This document shows positions 9,134 through 17,423 of a stretch of DNA of 64,000 nucleotides, piece by piece. This DNA is from a virus, in IMG/VR virus record IMGVR_UViG_3300044961_000262, positions 19,780 to 83,779 of that record; one strand, written 5' to 3'. Below the pieces are notes generated by a model, which was not told the DNA's origin, searched no databases, and worked only from the letters and a program-made list of their open reading frames with translations. The position numbers and the translations under genes are program-made. Position 1 is the stretch's first letter; every line of letters starts with the position of its first letter.

Positions 9134-9604
9134 TTAAAATACAGGAGCTTCTTCTACTTGAGATACTACAGTTGTATTTACTGGTTCTACAACTTCGTGT
9201 CCACGTGATTTAAATGCAGATTTAACTGTAGATTCCCAAGCTGGAGAAGCTGTATCTCCGAACACAACCGTAGTATAAGTATTTACAGCGCGAATTCCGC
9301 CATCTTTAGATTCGATGTCGTACTCTCTTACATTACGATTTTCAATTTTACCTTCAAAATAACCTCCCGCTTGAGGATTTCTTTCATTGAAAATAGGTGC
9401 TGAATAACCTGGATCTGGTTGACCAAGATAATTTAGTTCATACTGATTTACAGATGTTGAACGGCATTGGCTCAATGGTTTAGGCATTGGTCCAAATTGA
9501 GTGTTTAACATAGTACGTTCAGTAAATGTAACTGTTTTGTAGTTACGTCCGTTTTTGTCTTGTTTGATAGCTGATTCAGCTGTTTTTACGATAATGTGAT
9601 TCAT
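9134..9604 (-). CDS. hypothetical protein, possibly ssDNA-binding
   Basis: Beta-rich, own terminator, acidic/aromatic tail VEEAPVF reminiscent of SSB C-termini. Function is inference. Confidence 0.45.
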   Translation of the reverse strand: MNHIIVKTAESAIKQDKNGRNYKTVTFTERTMLNTQFGPMPKPLSQCRSTSVNQYELNYLGQPDPGYSAPIFNERNPQAGGYFEGKIENRNVREYDIESKDGGIRAVNTYTTVVFGDTASPAWESTVKSAFKSRGHEVVEPVNTTVVSQVEEAPVF

Positions 9605-9697
9605 TTTGTTTTAAATTATTTAAAGCGATACTAAAATGCGTAATCTTGTCGTTGAAACGCTTCACGCCCACATAGGTTATACTGATTGGGTCCAGTT

Positions 9698-9748
9698 AAA
9701 AAAGAAAAAGTTACAGTAAAACTTGGCAAATGCTGTAACTTTTCTTTT
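9698..9748 (-). terminator. intrinsic terminator (possibly bidirectional)
   Basis: AAAAGTTACAG...CTGTAACTTTT stem flanked by A/T tracts. Confidence 0.65.
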
Positions 9749-9768
9749 AAAAATAATACAAAGAACGA

Positions 9769-10086
9769 TTAGAATAATTCTGCTTGAAGAGCTATTAGAT
9801 TGTTATAATCTACTTCTGCATTTTCCAAATTGTATTTTGCTGCCAAAATAACTGAAGAATTAAAATTTAAATCAGATTTAGCACGGTCTAATACTGCTTT
9901 AGCTAAACTTACAGCTTTTTTAGCTTGAAGAATATCGTGTTGAATTTGAATACGAGCTTCTTCTACTTTTTCAAGAACTAATTCTTGATTTTTAGTTTCG
10001 TTAGATTTTGAAAGAAGTGATTGATACAAACACGTTTTTGTTGATTCAGTTTCTTCAGAAACTACTGTTTTTTTTGAAGTTGTCAT
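9769..10086 (-). CDS. helical hypothetical protein
   Basis: 105-aa ORF ending ELF. Confidence 0.7.
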   Translation of the reverse strand: MTTSKKTVVSEETESTKTCLYQSLLSKSNETKNQELVLEKVEEARIQIQHDILQAKKAVSLAKAVLDRAKSDLNFNSSVILAAKYNLENAEVDYNNLIALQAELF

Positions 10087-10289
10087 TGTTTTGATTTAAC
10101 TTTAATTACTTGATAACCCGGTACTGTTCTTTTAAATCCACTTCGTACCGGTTCAAAAGTAGATCTTGTTGTTTGGTGAGAGATTGTTTTTTTTTGAATA
10201 ATTTTTTCCTTATTATCTTTTTTAAAATTAAGTGTTATCGGAACTTTTTTCATTGCATCTTTGATGTCTTTTGCTATTTGCGATTTCAT
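10083..10289 (-). CDS. small basic protein
   Basis: 68 aa; ATGA overlap with the next gene. Confidence 0.6.
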   Translation of the reverse strand: MKSQIAKDIKDAMKKVPITLNFKKDNKEKIIQKKTISHQTTRSTFEPVRSGFKRTVPGYQVIKVKSKQ

Positions 10290-10551
10290 TTTGATATAAT
10301 AATAAAAATGTAATAAATAAAATAAAAAATAATAACGATACTATCCATGCTATAATTTCTTTTAAATTTATATTAATATACACTAATAATAGTGCTATTA
10401 TAAAAAATATTATAGAAATAGATAAATAAAATAATTTTACCATTAAAATATTATATTTATTGCAAATGGACCAATGAAAATAAATAAAGTGTTTTCATCA
10501 AGATCAATAGCTGCTCCTAAAACAAACATTGCTGCAATGTCTATTTTAACT

Positions 10552-10845
10552 TTAGGAATTAGATTTTTTTTGTTCATTTTGATTAAGAGTTACATGTTGT
10601 GGTTTAAATGCAGATAAATCTTCTATTTTTTTAGAAAGTTCTGTCATTTGTCCTGATTTAAGTGAAATAAAGTAAACATTTTTAGATTTGAAAAGTAGAT
10701 AACCGTATTCTATTAATTTATTAATTAAAACTTTAGATTCTTTACTGAAATTTTCAATATTTACGGTATTTCCGTAATTCATTTTAAGAAATTCAGCTGC
10801 GGATTTCATACTAGTCATTTTACAAAAAGATTCTTCGTTTATCAT
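10552..10845 (-). CDS. hypothetical protein
   Basis: 97 aa; ATGA overlap. Confidence 0.6.
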   Translation of the reverse strand: MINEESFCKMTSMKSAAEFLKMNYGNTVNIENFSKESKVLINKLIEYGYLLFKSKNVYFISLKSGQMTELSKKIEDLSAFKPQHVTLNQNEQKKSNS

Positions 10846-11108
10846 AATGGTCTATGAATTATTTCTTTATTTATTAATTCTCCAGTATGCTTATCAATAC
10901 ATGTAATATATTGAATGTAGAATTTGTACCCGTTACTTCTAGACTTTTTAATTCTAGTTTTAACGTGTGTAAATTTAGGATTAGAATTTTTTTCTTTCTT
11001 AGGTTTAACTATAGGTTTTTGTTCAACGTCTTCTATAACGCTAAGAGTTACTTTATAATCTCCATTTTGATTTTTTTTGGTAAGTAATCTATGAATTGTT
11101 TTTAACAT
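10842..11108 (-). CDS. basic hypothetical protein
   Basis: 88-aa ORF. Confidence 0.6.
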   Translation of the reverse strand: MLKTIHRLLTKKNQNGDYKVTLSVIEDVEQKPIVKPKKEKNSNPKFTHVKTRIKKSRSNGYKFYIQYITCIDKHTGELINKEIIHRPL

Positions 11109-11234
11109 AATTATGATATTAATAAAATTTCGATAATATTTTTTTTTTGACGATCTAATTTTCTAATAACTGAAATTACAATATTGCATTTATCATCATT
11201 TGATAAAGTATTTTTATTCTATCTAACTGTATTT

Positions 11235-11615
11235 TCATTTATATGTAACTAAAATTGTCCAACATTTAAATTCTTTAGAGTATTGTAAAAACAGTTTTCT
11301 TTCTTCATGTTCGTAAATATTTTTAGATACATATTTCCATCTAGTTTCTTCAATAATAGAAATTGCTTCATTTTCAGTTATATCTAAAGTAAATAAAATA
11401 CCTATACAATAATTTTGTTTACTCATATAATAAACATGAAGTACGGAGTTTTTAAATGTAGTTAAACACTTAGTTCCATCATCTAATTTAATTACTTCTA
11501 CAGAATATCCGTTAGATTCTAGTTCTTTCCTAACTTCACTTGCGCTCATACCTAAGTCTTGAGCATTTAACAATCCTCCAAAGAGAATTGATACGATTAA
11601 TAATAATTTTTTCAT
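11235..11615 (-). CDS. secreted/periplasmic protein
   Basis: Signal peptide MKKLLLIVSILFGGLLNA|Q; Gln at +1 is typical of Bacteroidota. Confidence 0.7.
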   Translation of the reverse strand: MKKLLLIVSILFGGLLNAQDLGMSASEVRKELESNGYSVEVIKLDDGTKCLTTFKNSVLHVYYMSKQNYCIGILFTLDITENEAISIIEETRWKYVSKNIYEHEERKLFLQYSKEFKCWTILVTYK

Positions 11616-11975
11616 GATTTAATTTTTTAATTCTTGTAAAACAGCTACAATAACCAATGCCAATATTGCTAATACCGAAAATGATACTAATAATATTTCT
11701 TTAATTTTTCTTTTCATTTTTTATTTAAAGATTAATAATTTAAAAATAATAAACTTGACCCATCTATTGTGAGAAAATTGTCGAAACATTTTTCAGGGAA
11801 GCAGTAACAATATTTCTTAAAATCCTATTTGTTTTAAAAAAGTATTATTAGCTGTTACAATAACTATACTCTTAATTATTTTGTAAGTAAAGCTTTGATA
11901 ATGTAATTTTGCAATTTTGCAAAAATTAATAAACTCACCGGTTGTCATTTTTACATTTTCCATGTTTTTAATTGA

Positions 11976-12161
11976 TTAAAGGTAATAAATTTGATTTCTT
12001 TTTTTCTTTTTTTTAGTTTTAATTAATACTACACTAATTATAGCTATTAAAGCAGTTAGATAACAAACTGATGATACGATTATTTCTGTTTTTAAAAAAA
12101 GTGGAACGAATCCAAAAAATAATCCGCAGATTAAAATTAGTAGTTTTTCTTTTCTAGTCAT
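11976..12161 (-). CDS. small two-TM membrane protein
   Basis: Two hydrophobic helices and a basic tail. Confidence 0.55.
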   Translation of the reverse strand: MTRKEKLLILICGLFFGFVPLFLKTEIIVSSVCYLTALIAIISVVLIKTKKKKKRNQIYYL

Positions 12162-12205
12162 ATTATTGTTGATTAAAATTAGGTTTTAGATTTCTTTATT
12201 TTTAA

Positions 12206-12232
12206 TAAAAAGCAAGAGGTAGTTCTCTTGCT
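12206..12232 (-). terminator. intrinsic terminator ending the structured tract
   Basis: AGCAAGAG-6-CTCTTGCT followed by TTTT on the minus strand. Confidence 0.65.
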
Positions 12233-12236
12233 AGTT

Positions 12237-12705
12237 TGTAAATACTTTACATATTGTAATAGTATTTACATTTTTTAACACAAACACCATCAACATTTGC
12301 AACTGTTGATATATAAATTTATTCTCCACTTACCTTTAAAAGTTTCGTAGTTTCTAAAACTATTTTATATTCGTATTTGTGTTGTAGTAAGTAAATAGCT
12401 GACAGTGCAGTTCATTTAAACCAATTTGTCCTATTAATAAGGATGGTCACTTTTACTTACCAAAACCTAAAATCTACTTAGGTAAGGATAAAATTGTGTT
12501 GTCAAGTCATTAATTAAAAGGATATACCAAGCATCATACTTAACTTGCTATTTGATACGTCAGCCGTTTAATTACTAATTCCTTTCGGAACAACACAATT
12601 TTAAATTGTTAGGTAAACTGTTTGTAGTCACGAATACTACCAGCTCAAGTATGTAGGGTTGAATACCTACTATGCCCAGTTAATTTTTTTCATCCTAACA
12701 ATTTA
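12237..12705 (-). ncRNA. candidate structured ncRNA tract A (consecutive closed domains)
   Basis: No ORF; closing stems 12237-46/12261-70, 12277-84/12376-83, 12387-95/12452-60, 12490-501/12591-602, 12602-13/12694-705; internal TTCC-GAAA-GGAA GNRA loop on minus. Confidence 0.55.
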
Positions 12706-12729
12706 TTACAACTCCTTAATTGTAATTTT

Positions 12730-13002
12730 TTATTCAATTTCACTAGCTTTTTCAACAGCCAATTCTAATTCATCTACTGTTTCTTTAAACCATTTTGAAT
12801 ATTTTAAAATTTCTTTAAAATAATCATCATCTTTTAAAGATTTAATTTTTGTAATAGTACTTGCATAATCTATAGCGGGTATTTTTTGACCTATTTGTAT
12901 TTCTTTAGGTTTATTTCCCGTTACTGCATTAACTATTTCTTTAATTTCATTTTCGGTAGCTTTAATTAAAAAGCCTTCATTTGTTTTTGCTATTACTTCC
13001 AT
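12730..13002 (-). CDS. hypothetical protein
   Basis: 90-aa ORF. Confidence 0.7.
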   Translation of the reverse strand: MEVIAKTNEGFLIKATENEIKEIVNAVTGNKPKEIQIGQKIPAIDYASTITKIKSLKDDDYFKEILKYSKWFKETVDELELAVEKASEIE

Positions 13003-13010
13003 AATTTTAA

Positions 13011-13505
13011 TTAGTTTTTAAATATTTCTTTAATTTTTTTATTACTCACTGAATTAGACAAAGGTAACACATTTTTATCCGGTTTAATTTCTATCCATTG
13101 AGATTTTTCTAATCTGCTAAATTCAGATAAACAATATCTTACAGCAGCTTCATTTATATCCCATTCAGGAAATACTTCATCTTTTTTTGGATTTATCCAA
13201 CCATTTTGATTAGTATAATATCCATATTTCCAACAATTGTGTGGTTTGATTGCTTCAAAAAAATCAGTAATAGTTCTTGCGTTACCTGTTAATGGTATTC
13301 TACTCATTTGACTAACTAATAAATAAGCTATTCTGTTTTTCTTTTGTTCTAAAGAATCACTTTCTAAACAACCTAAATAACCATCAGCTTGAATAAGTAT
13401 TTCTAAATCATCCCAAATAGTTTTTCTTTTAGTAGATTTAGGATTGTATTTTTTATACCATCCTTTACTGTAAAGCACAATGTGTTGTAATGTGAATTTT
13501 TCCAT
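13011..13505 (-). CDS. hypothetical protein
   Basis: 164-aa ORF (YSKGWY...LIQADGY). Confidence 0.7.
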   Translation of the reverse strand: MEKFTLQHIVLYSKGWYKKYNPKSTKRKTIWDDLEILIQADGYLGCLESDSLEQKKNRIAYLLVSQMSRIPLTGNARTITDFFEAIKPHNCWKYGYYTNQNGWINPKKDEVFPEWDINEAAVRYCLSEFSRLEKSQWIEIKPDKNVLPLSNSVSNKKIKEIFKN

Positions 13506-13510
13506 AATTA

Positions 13511-14248
13511 TTATTTTAAATTATTTTCGATCCATTCTTTTGGTATATTAACACTGTTATAATAACCATCTCTACCATAATATAAAGTGTCTTTTTCATA
13601 TTGATAAATTAATTCAATAACTTCATCTCTACTCCAACTCTCTTTTACACTTGAAATATTAATAGTGTTATCTGGATTTATTTTTAATCTTATATCAATA
13701 GTAGATTCACCATCAGATAATCCATAATTACCAACTGCATATTCTTCATATTCAACCATTACATCAGTAATAATATTACCTTTGTTATATTCATAAATAT
13801 AATAGGCAATAAATAATTGTGGTATTTGAGGTAACTTAAACAATTTTGGTAGTTTTATATTTTCTGATTTACTACCAAACATATTTGTATCAAAACTATC
13901 AATACCATAAATTGAATTCGTAGTTAAAGAACTATCAGTTGTAGCTATTACTTTTTTGCAAAAATCTTTTTGTGTTGCTAAACCATTTAAAGAATCCGCT
14001 AACCAAATATCATCACCTGTAACATCATTATCATAAGAAGATTTTACTTGCATTATATTATCTTCATTATATAATACCCAATCTCCTTCTTTAATTTCAT
14101 CATCAGATAAAATGTAAAGATGTTGATTAGTCCATGTATTACTTGGTGAATTTTGATTTTGTAATCCTCCTATTTCAAAACTTGTGTCCAAACAAATATT
14201 ACTTGATTTATCAGTAGGTAACATAATTATTTTACAGTGTTTTTTCAT
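13511..14248 (-). CDS. hypothetical phage protein
   Basis: 245 aa; IIMLPT...QHLYILSDDEIKEGDW...KKVIATTD...LKINPDNTI. Confidence 0.7.
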   Translation of the reverse strand: MKKHCKIIMLPTDKSSNICLDTSFEIGGLQNQNSPSNTWTNQHLYILSDDEIKEGDWVLYNEDNIMQVKSSYDNDVTGDDIWLADSLNGLATQKDFCKKVIATTDSSLTTNSIYGIDSFDTNMFGSKSENIKLPKLFKLPQIPQLFIAYYIYEYNKGNIITDVMVEYEEYAVGNYGLSDGESTIDIRLKINPDNTINISSVKESWSRDEVIELIYQYEKDTLYYGRDGYYNSVNIPKEWIENNLK

Positions 14249-14279
14249 AATTGTTTTTTTTTTGAGTTAATTAGTAAAT

Positions 14280-14344
14280 TTTACCCATCTGCATTTATAG
14301 AGGCTTTGGACTCTCAATGATTAATCATTGGCTGCATTAATAAA
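14280..14344 (-). ncRNA. twister ribozyme, type P1
   Basis: TTTAT-TAA-TGCA-GC-CAATGA(TTAA)TCATTG-AGAG(TCCAAAGC)CTCT-ATAAA-TGCA-GATGG-GTAAA. P1-P4, both pseudoknots (GC/GC, CCA/TGG) and the conserved UAA, AAGC and GA are present. Predicted cut U^A at 14339/14338. Confidence 0.9.
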
Positions 14345-14347
14345 TCA

Positions 14348-14618
14348 GTAAACAATGGCGCAATCTTCGTCAAGACCGCTTATTTTCATTGTTTACCTAC
14401 CTGTTTGTAGATGGTTCTGCCATCGCAACATTAACTTTCATTAAGGAGCTACCTTAATTACTCGAAGGTCTTCTTCAAGTTTACTCGTAGAGCTGTTTTC
14501 CTTGCGCTAGGTTTTACAGATACTTGGATTACATGAAAATGCCATGTAGCAGGAACAATTAAATCCATACCCTATTCCTACTTTAAGGTATTTAAGACGG
14601 TTTAACTCACCGACAGCT
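14348..14618 (-). ncRNA. candidate structured ncRNA tract B
   Basis: Three exactly abutting closed domains 14348-14396, 14397-14490 and 14491-14618 with internal hairpins; no ORF; GC-richer than flanks. Confidence 0.55.
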
Positions 14619-14620
14619 TT

Positions 14621-14896
14621 TTAATAAATATCTATTTCACAAGCATCAAATCCACAACAATATTCTCCTAAATGCTCTTCACCACAATTAGGACAAGTTT
14701 GTGAATTATTAAAATCTTGTGCAATATCACCTTTCAGTTTAAATTTAGTTACAGACTTACTATTATTCTGTTGTAACTTTTGGATATTGCGTAATAGCAT
14801 CTTAAAAGCATTTCTAACATGGTTATTATCCATATCATCAACATTTATAAGATTGCCATTACGCATTTTCCAATAGACAGGCGAATTATCCTTCAT
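14621..14896 (-). CDS. hypothetical protein with C-terminal Cys cluster
   Basis: WKMRNG motif; CPNC...H...CC...C. Confidence 0.65.
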   Translation of the reverse strand: MKDNSPVYWKMRNGNLINVDDMDNNHVRNAFKMLLRNIQKLQQNNSKSVTKFKLKGDIAQDFNNSQTCPNCGEEHLGEYCCGFDACEIDIY

Positions 14897-15179
14897 AAGA
14901 TTGATTTTTTAATGAATTTAATTTAGATTCGTTTTTTAAATCAAGATATTTCTGATATTTAAGACAATCTAATTCATCAGTTAGTTCTGAAATTGCATAA
15001 TTCCATTCTAAACGATATTGATAATTATCTGAAACATCTTCAATATCTTCTAAAGATAATCTATTTTTACTTTTTAAATCTTTCAGTTCTTGCAATTCTT
15101 TTTCAACCTGTCTAATTCTTTCTTCTATATCAGAAGGAAAATAAGGTTGCATTTCATCGAAATACTTAGGCTTTTTCAT
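14886..15179 (-). CDS. coiled-coil hypothetical protein
   Basis: 97-aa ORF overlapping the next gene. Confidence 0.65.
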   Translation of the reverse strand: MKKPKYFDEMQPYFPSDIEERIRQVEKELQELKDLKSKNRLSLEDIEDVSDNYQYRLEWNYAISELTDELDCLKYQKYLDLKNESKLNSLKNQSYEG

Positions 15180-15254
15180 TTTGTTTATTATTTAAGTTTT
15201 ACAACTAACTCTCAGCATAGTTGAACTCTGAATTTGAATAGTTTATTCTATTTT

Positions 15255-15310
15255 TCTGTTTCGATGCTCAATTACATCATCATCAGTATGAACAATAGTC
15301 CATAGACAGA
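15255..15310 (-). ncRNA. hammerhead ribozyme, type III
   Basis: TCTG-TC^-TATGGAC(TATT)GTTCATA-CTGATGA-T-GATG(TAATTGAG)CATC-GAAA-CAGA. Complete core, three stems, GUC cleavage triplet (cut 15305/15304), one extra U after A9. Confidence 0.9.
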
Positions 15311-15314
15311 TATT

Positions 15315-15358
15315 ATAAAAATAACTCTCAACCATTAGGCTTTATGATTGAGAGTTAT
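15315..15358 (-). terminator. terminator-like hairpin just 5' of the hammerhead
   Basis: ATAACTCTCAATCAT...ATGGTTGAGAGTTAT followed by TTTT. Confidence 0.6.
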
Positions 15359-15498
15359 AGTTGCGAGTTCTCGCTGCAATTTACTGAGTTTACATGATCG
15401 TAGTTTTAAATTAACAAAATAAAGAAACAGTGTATCTATAAAGGTAGAGGTTAATTACTCCTTTTTTGGTTCACCTTGTGGATTTTTACCACAGTAGC

Positions 15499-15894
15499 CT
15501 ACACTATTTCTTTAACAATAGGAGCAACATTCATATACCTAATTTTAGGTCTACGATTGTTATTCCTTGCTACAGCTTCAATTTCCTTATTACTAAGGTT
15601 ATTATCGCCATAGCTTCTTTCTAATTCATACTGATATACATCTTCAAGATAGCCTTTTTCTTGTTGATTCATATAGTTAATGAATTTTTCAGCATCAGAA
15701 TCACGAATTAGATATAGAAATTTATTTTCTCCATCTTCTTCGTAAACTGTTCTTCCTTCATTTAATCCCCAAAATGAACACATAATATATGGAGGTTCAT
15801 CATTAGGAAATGTATGTTTGTGGATAATAGTATATCCTTTTACTTTTTGTCCAACATACGGAAATAACAAAAAGAGTTCTCTTGATTTGTTCAT
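15499..15894 (-). CDS. hypothetical protein
   Basis: 131-aa ORF. Confidence 0.7.
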   Translation of the reverse strand: MNKSRELFLLFPYVGQKVKGYTIIHKHTFPNDEPPYIMCSFWGLNEGRTVYEEDGENKFLYLIRDSDAEKFINYMNQQEKGYLEDVYQYELERSYGDNNLSNKEIEAVARNNNRRPKIRYMNVAPIVKEIV

Positions 15895-16102
15895 TTTAAT
15901 ATTTTTTTTGAGTTTGAGCTACCATTTATTTTAATTCTTTGGGAACATTAAGAATTTGTTTAAGTGTAAAAACAAAAAACCTTACTAAGTACGAAACTTT
16001 TCAGGTTTTATGACAAATCCGCGTGATTTGTTCAGACACGCTCATAATCAACAAGTTACATTGTTGAATTTAAAGTTTTACTTTAATTTTTATATTAAAC
16101 CA

Positions 16103-16198
16103 GTTAGCAAGTTTAGCAAATTTAGCAATATTAGTAAGTACGAATAGTTAGCAACATTATCTGAAGACAATGTGCTAACTATGCTAACAATGCTAAAC
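16103..16198. repeat. TTAGCAA short-repeat cluster (direct and inverted)
   Basis: TTAGCAA x3 plus TTAGTAA at 9-nt period, a further TTAGCAA at 16148, then three inverted TGCTAA copies. Confidence 0.7.
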
Positions 16199-16210
16199 AA
16201 CCTATTGTCC

Positions 16211-16549
16211 TTACATTTGGACAATAAGTTGTGTGCCGAATACAGAAGCGGCTTTCGCAAATTCAGTTGCTGAACCTGCACCGTCAAACGATTTGAATTC
16301 CATAGATTGTTTCAAACGTGTAACAGTTTCGCCTTTAAGAAACAACGGTTTACCGTCTTTTAACGTTTTAGAGTCGTTTTGGGCTATAAATTTGTCGCCA
16401 ACTTCGTTGATAACGATAGACACGATACGTGCTCCATTATTTGAAGTGTCGCCATTAGCCCAAACGGTTCCGTTAGGTGTTTCGATAGCGGTTTTGCCCA
16501 ATTTTTCGATAAAACGTTGGGCAATAATTGGTTGATTTTCAAATTTCAT
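16211..16549 (-). CDS. first gene of the leftward arm, hypothetical
   Basis: Likely start MKFENQ at 16549; locally GC-richer codon usage. Confidence 0.65.
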   Translation of the reverse strand: MKFENQPIIAQRFIEKLGKTAIETPNGTVWANGDTSNNGARIVSIVINEVGDKFIAQNDSKTLKDGKPLFLKGETVTRLKQSMEFKSFDGAGSATEFAKAASVFGTQLIVQM

Positions 16550-16838
16550 AATGATAGAATTAAAAGGTTGAAGAATAAGATACGGGTAACATCCCCGCAA
16601 AATTGGAGAGGGGGATCTTTGTATGACCTAGAACACATTCACATATTTTTCTCAAAAAAAAAATTCCAAAAAAAAATTTTTAAAAAATAAGCATGTTCAA
16701 AACGCAAACATCTAACTCTCTGATAATCATTCAGAAACGTAACGAAAATTTGCTATATATATTCTCTATAATTTGACAAGATTTCTCTCTGAATATCAAC
16801 AACTTAACACTTTCCTTTTTGAACATTGTTCATTTTAT

Positions 16839-16858
16839 TAAATTTGTTCATATATTTG
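16839..16858 (+). promoter_or_regulatory. tandem Bacteroidota-type -7 elements (TAnnTTTG)
   Basis: TAAATTTG at 16839 (TTTG -33 element 17 nt upstream) and TATATTTG at 16851, before ATG at 16875. Confidence 0.65.
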
Positions 16859-16874
16859 AACCGCAATAAAACAA

Positions 16875-17405
16875 ATGAGTAAACAAGTACCAGATTCCAT
16901 TAAACAAGCTAAATCTCCTTTTATTCAGGAGCTTAAAATACCTGTATTTAATAAACAGGTATCTGAAGATTTAGCCGTTATGGATAGATTAAGTGTTGAA
17001 AATGATGTAGTTATCTCTTTAGGAGCAACTCATACTATCAAAAGAGGATACGTTATTGAAAAGGATAGAAAAGTAAATCTTTATTATGAAAATGATGGTG
17101 AAGATCTTAGACCCGCATATTCTTCTTTATCTAAAGAAGGTAGAATGTTATTAGAGTATATACTATTATATTGTCTTAGGGAAAATAAATTGTACTGTTA
17201 CATTGATTTTAAAGACTTTATGGAAAAGTATAATGTGTTTTCTAGAACTACGGTGTGGTCATCTAAAAAAAATCTTATAGATCATATATTTATTGCTCCA
17301 ACTTCTCATAACGGATGGTATTGGATTAATCCTAAATATATGTTTAAAGGATATAGAACTAAGGTTTACGAATTACAAGATAACCTTAAAATTAAAGAAG
17401 TGTAA
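16875..17405 (+). CDS. RepL-like winged-helix protein
   Basis: SRTTVW...L...YWINPKYMFKG, the typical RepL C-terminal motif; such a gene is common in crAss-like phages. Confidence 0.7.
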   Translation: MSKQVPDSIKQAKSPFIQELKIPVFNKQVSEDLAVMDRLSVENDVVISLGATHTIKRGYVIEKDRKVNLYYENDGEDLRPAYSSLSKEGRMLLEYILLYCLRENKLYCYIDFKDFMEKYNVFSRTTVWSSKKNLIDHIFIAPTSHNGWYWINPKYMFKGYRTKVYELQDNLKIKEV

Positions 17406-17423
17406 ATTATAATAAGAAAAAAT

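Noticed and set aside
9660-9697. Partial resemblance to the 5' half of a hatchet ribozyme (ACTG...AATCAGT...ATGTGG)
   Set aside because: The closing P2 strand and conserved 3' core could not be found; kept only as a structured leader.
12348-12553. Minus-strand AAATAGCAAGTTAA and GTTTTAGAAACTA resemble the S. pyogenes Cas9 tracrRNA and repeat
   Set aside because: Short AT-rich matches about 180 nt apart, imperfect mutual pairing, no nexus, no array or cas gene; probably chance.
16008-16047. GCGTG/CACGC hairpin with alternative CAAATC/GATTTG pairing, considered as SAM-II riboswitch or pistol ribozyme
   Set aside because: Conserved 3' elements of both families are missing.
16103-16198. Possible CRISPR mini-array
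   Set aside because: Repeats are 7 nt with no spacer-length intervals.
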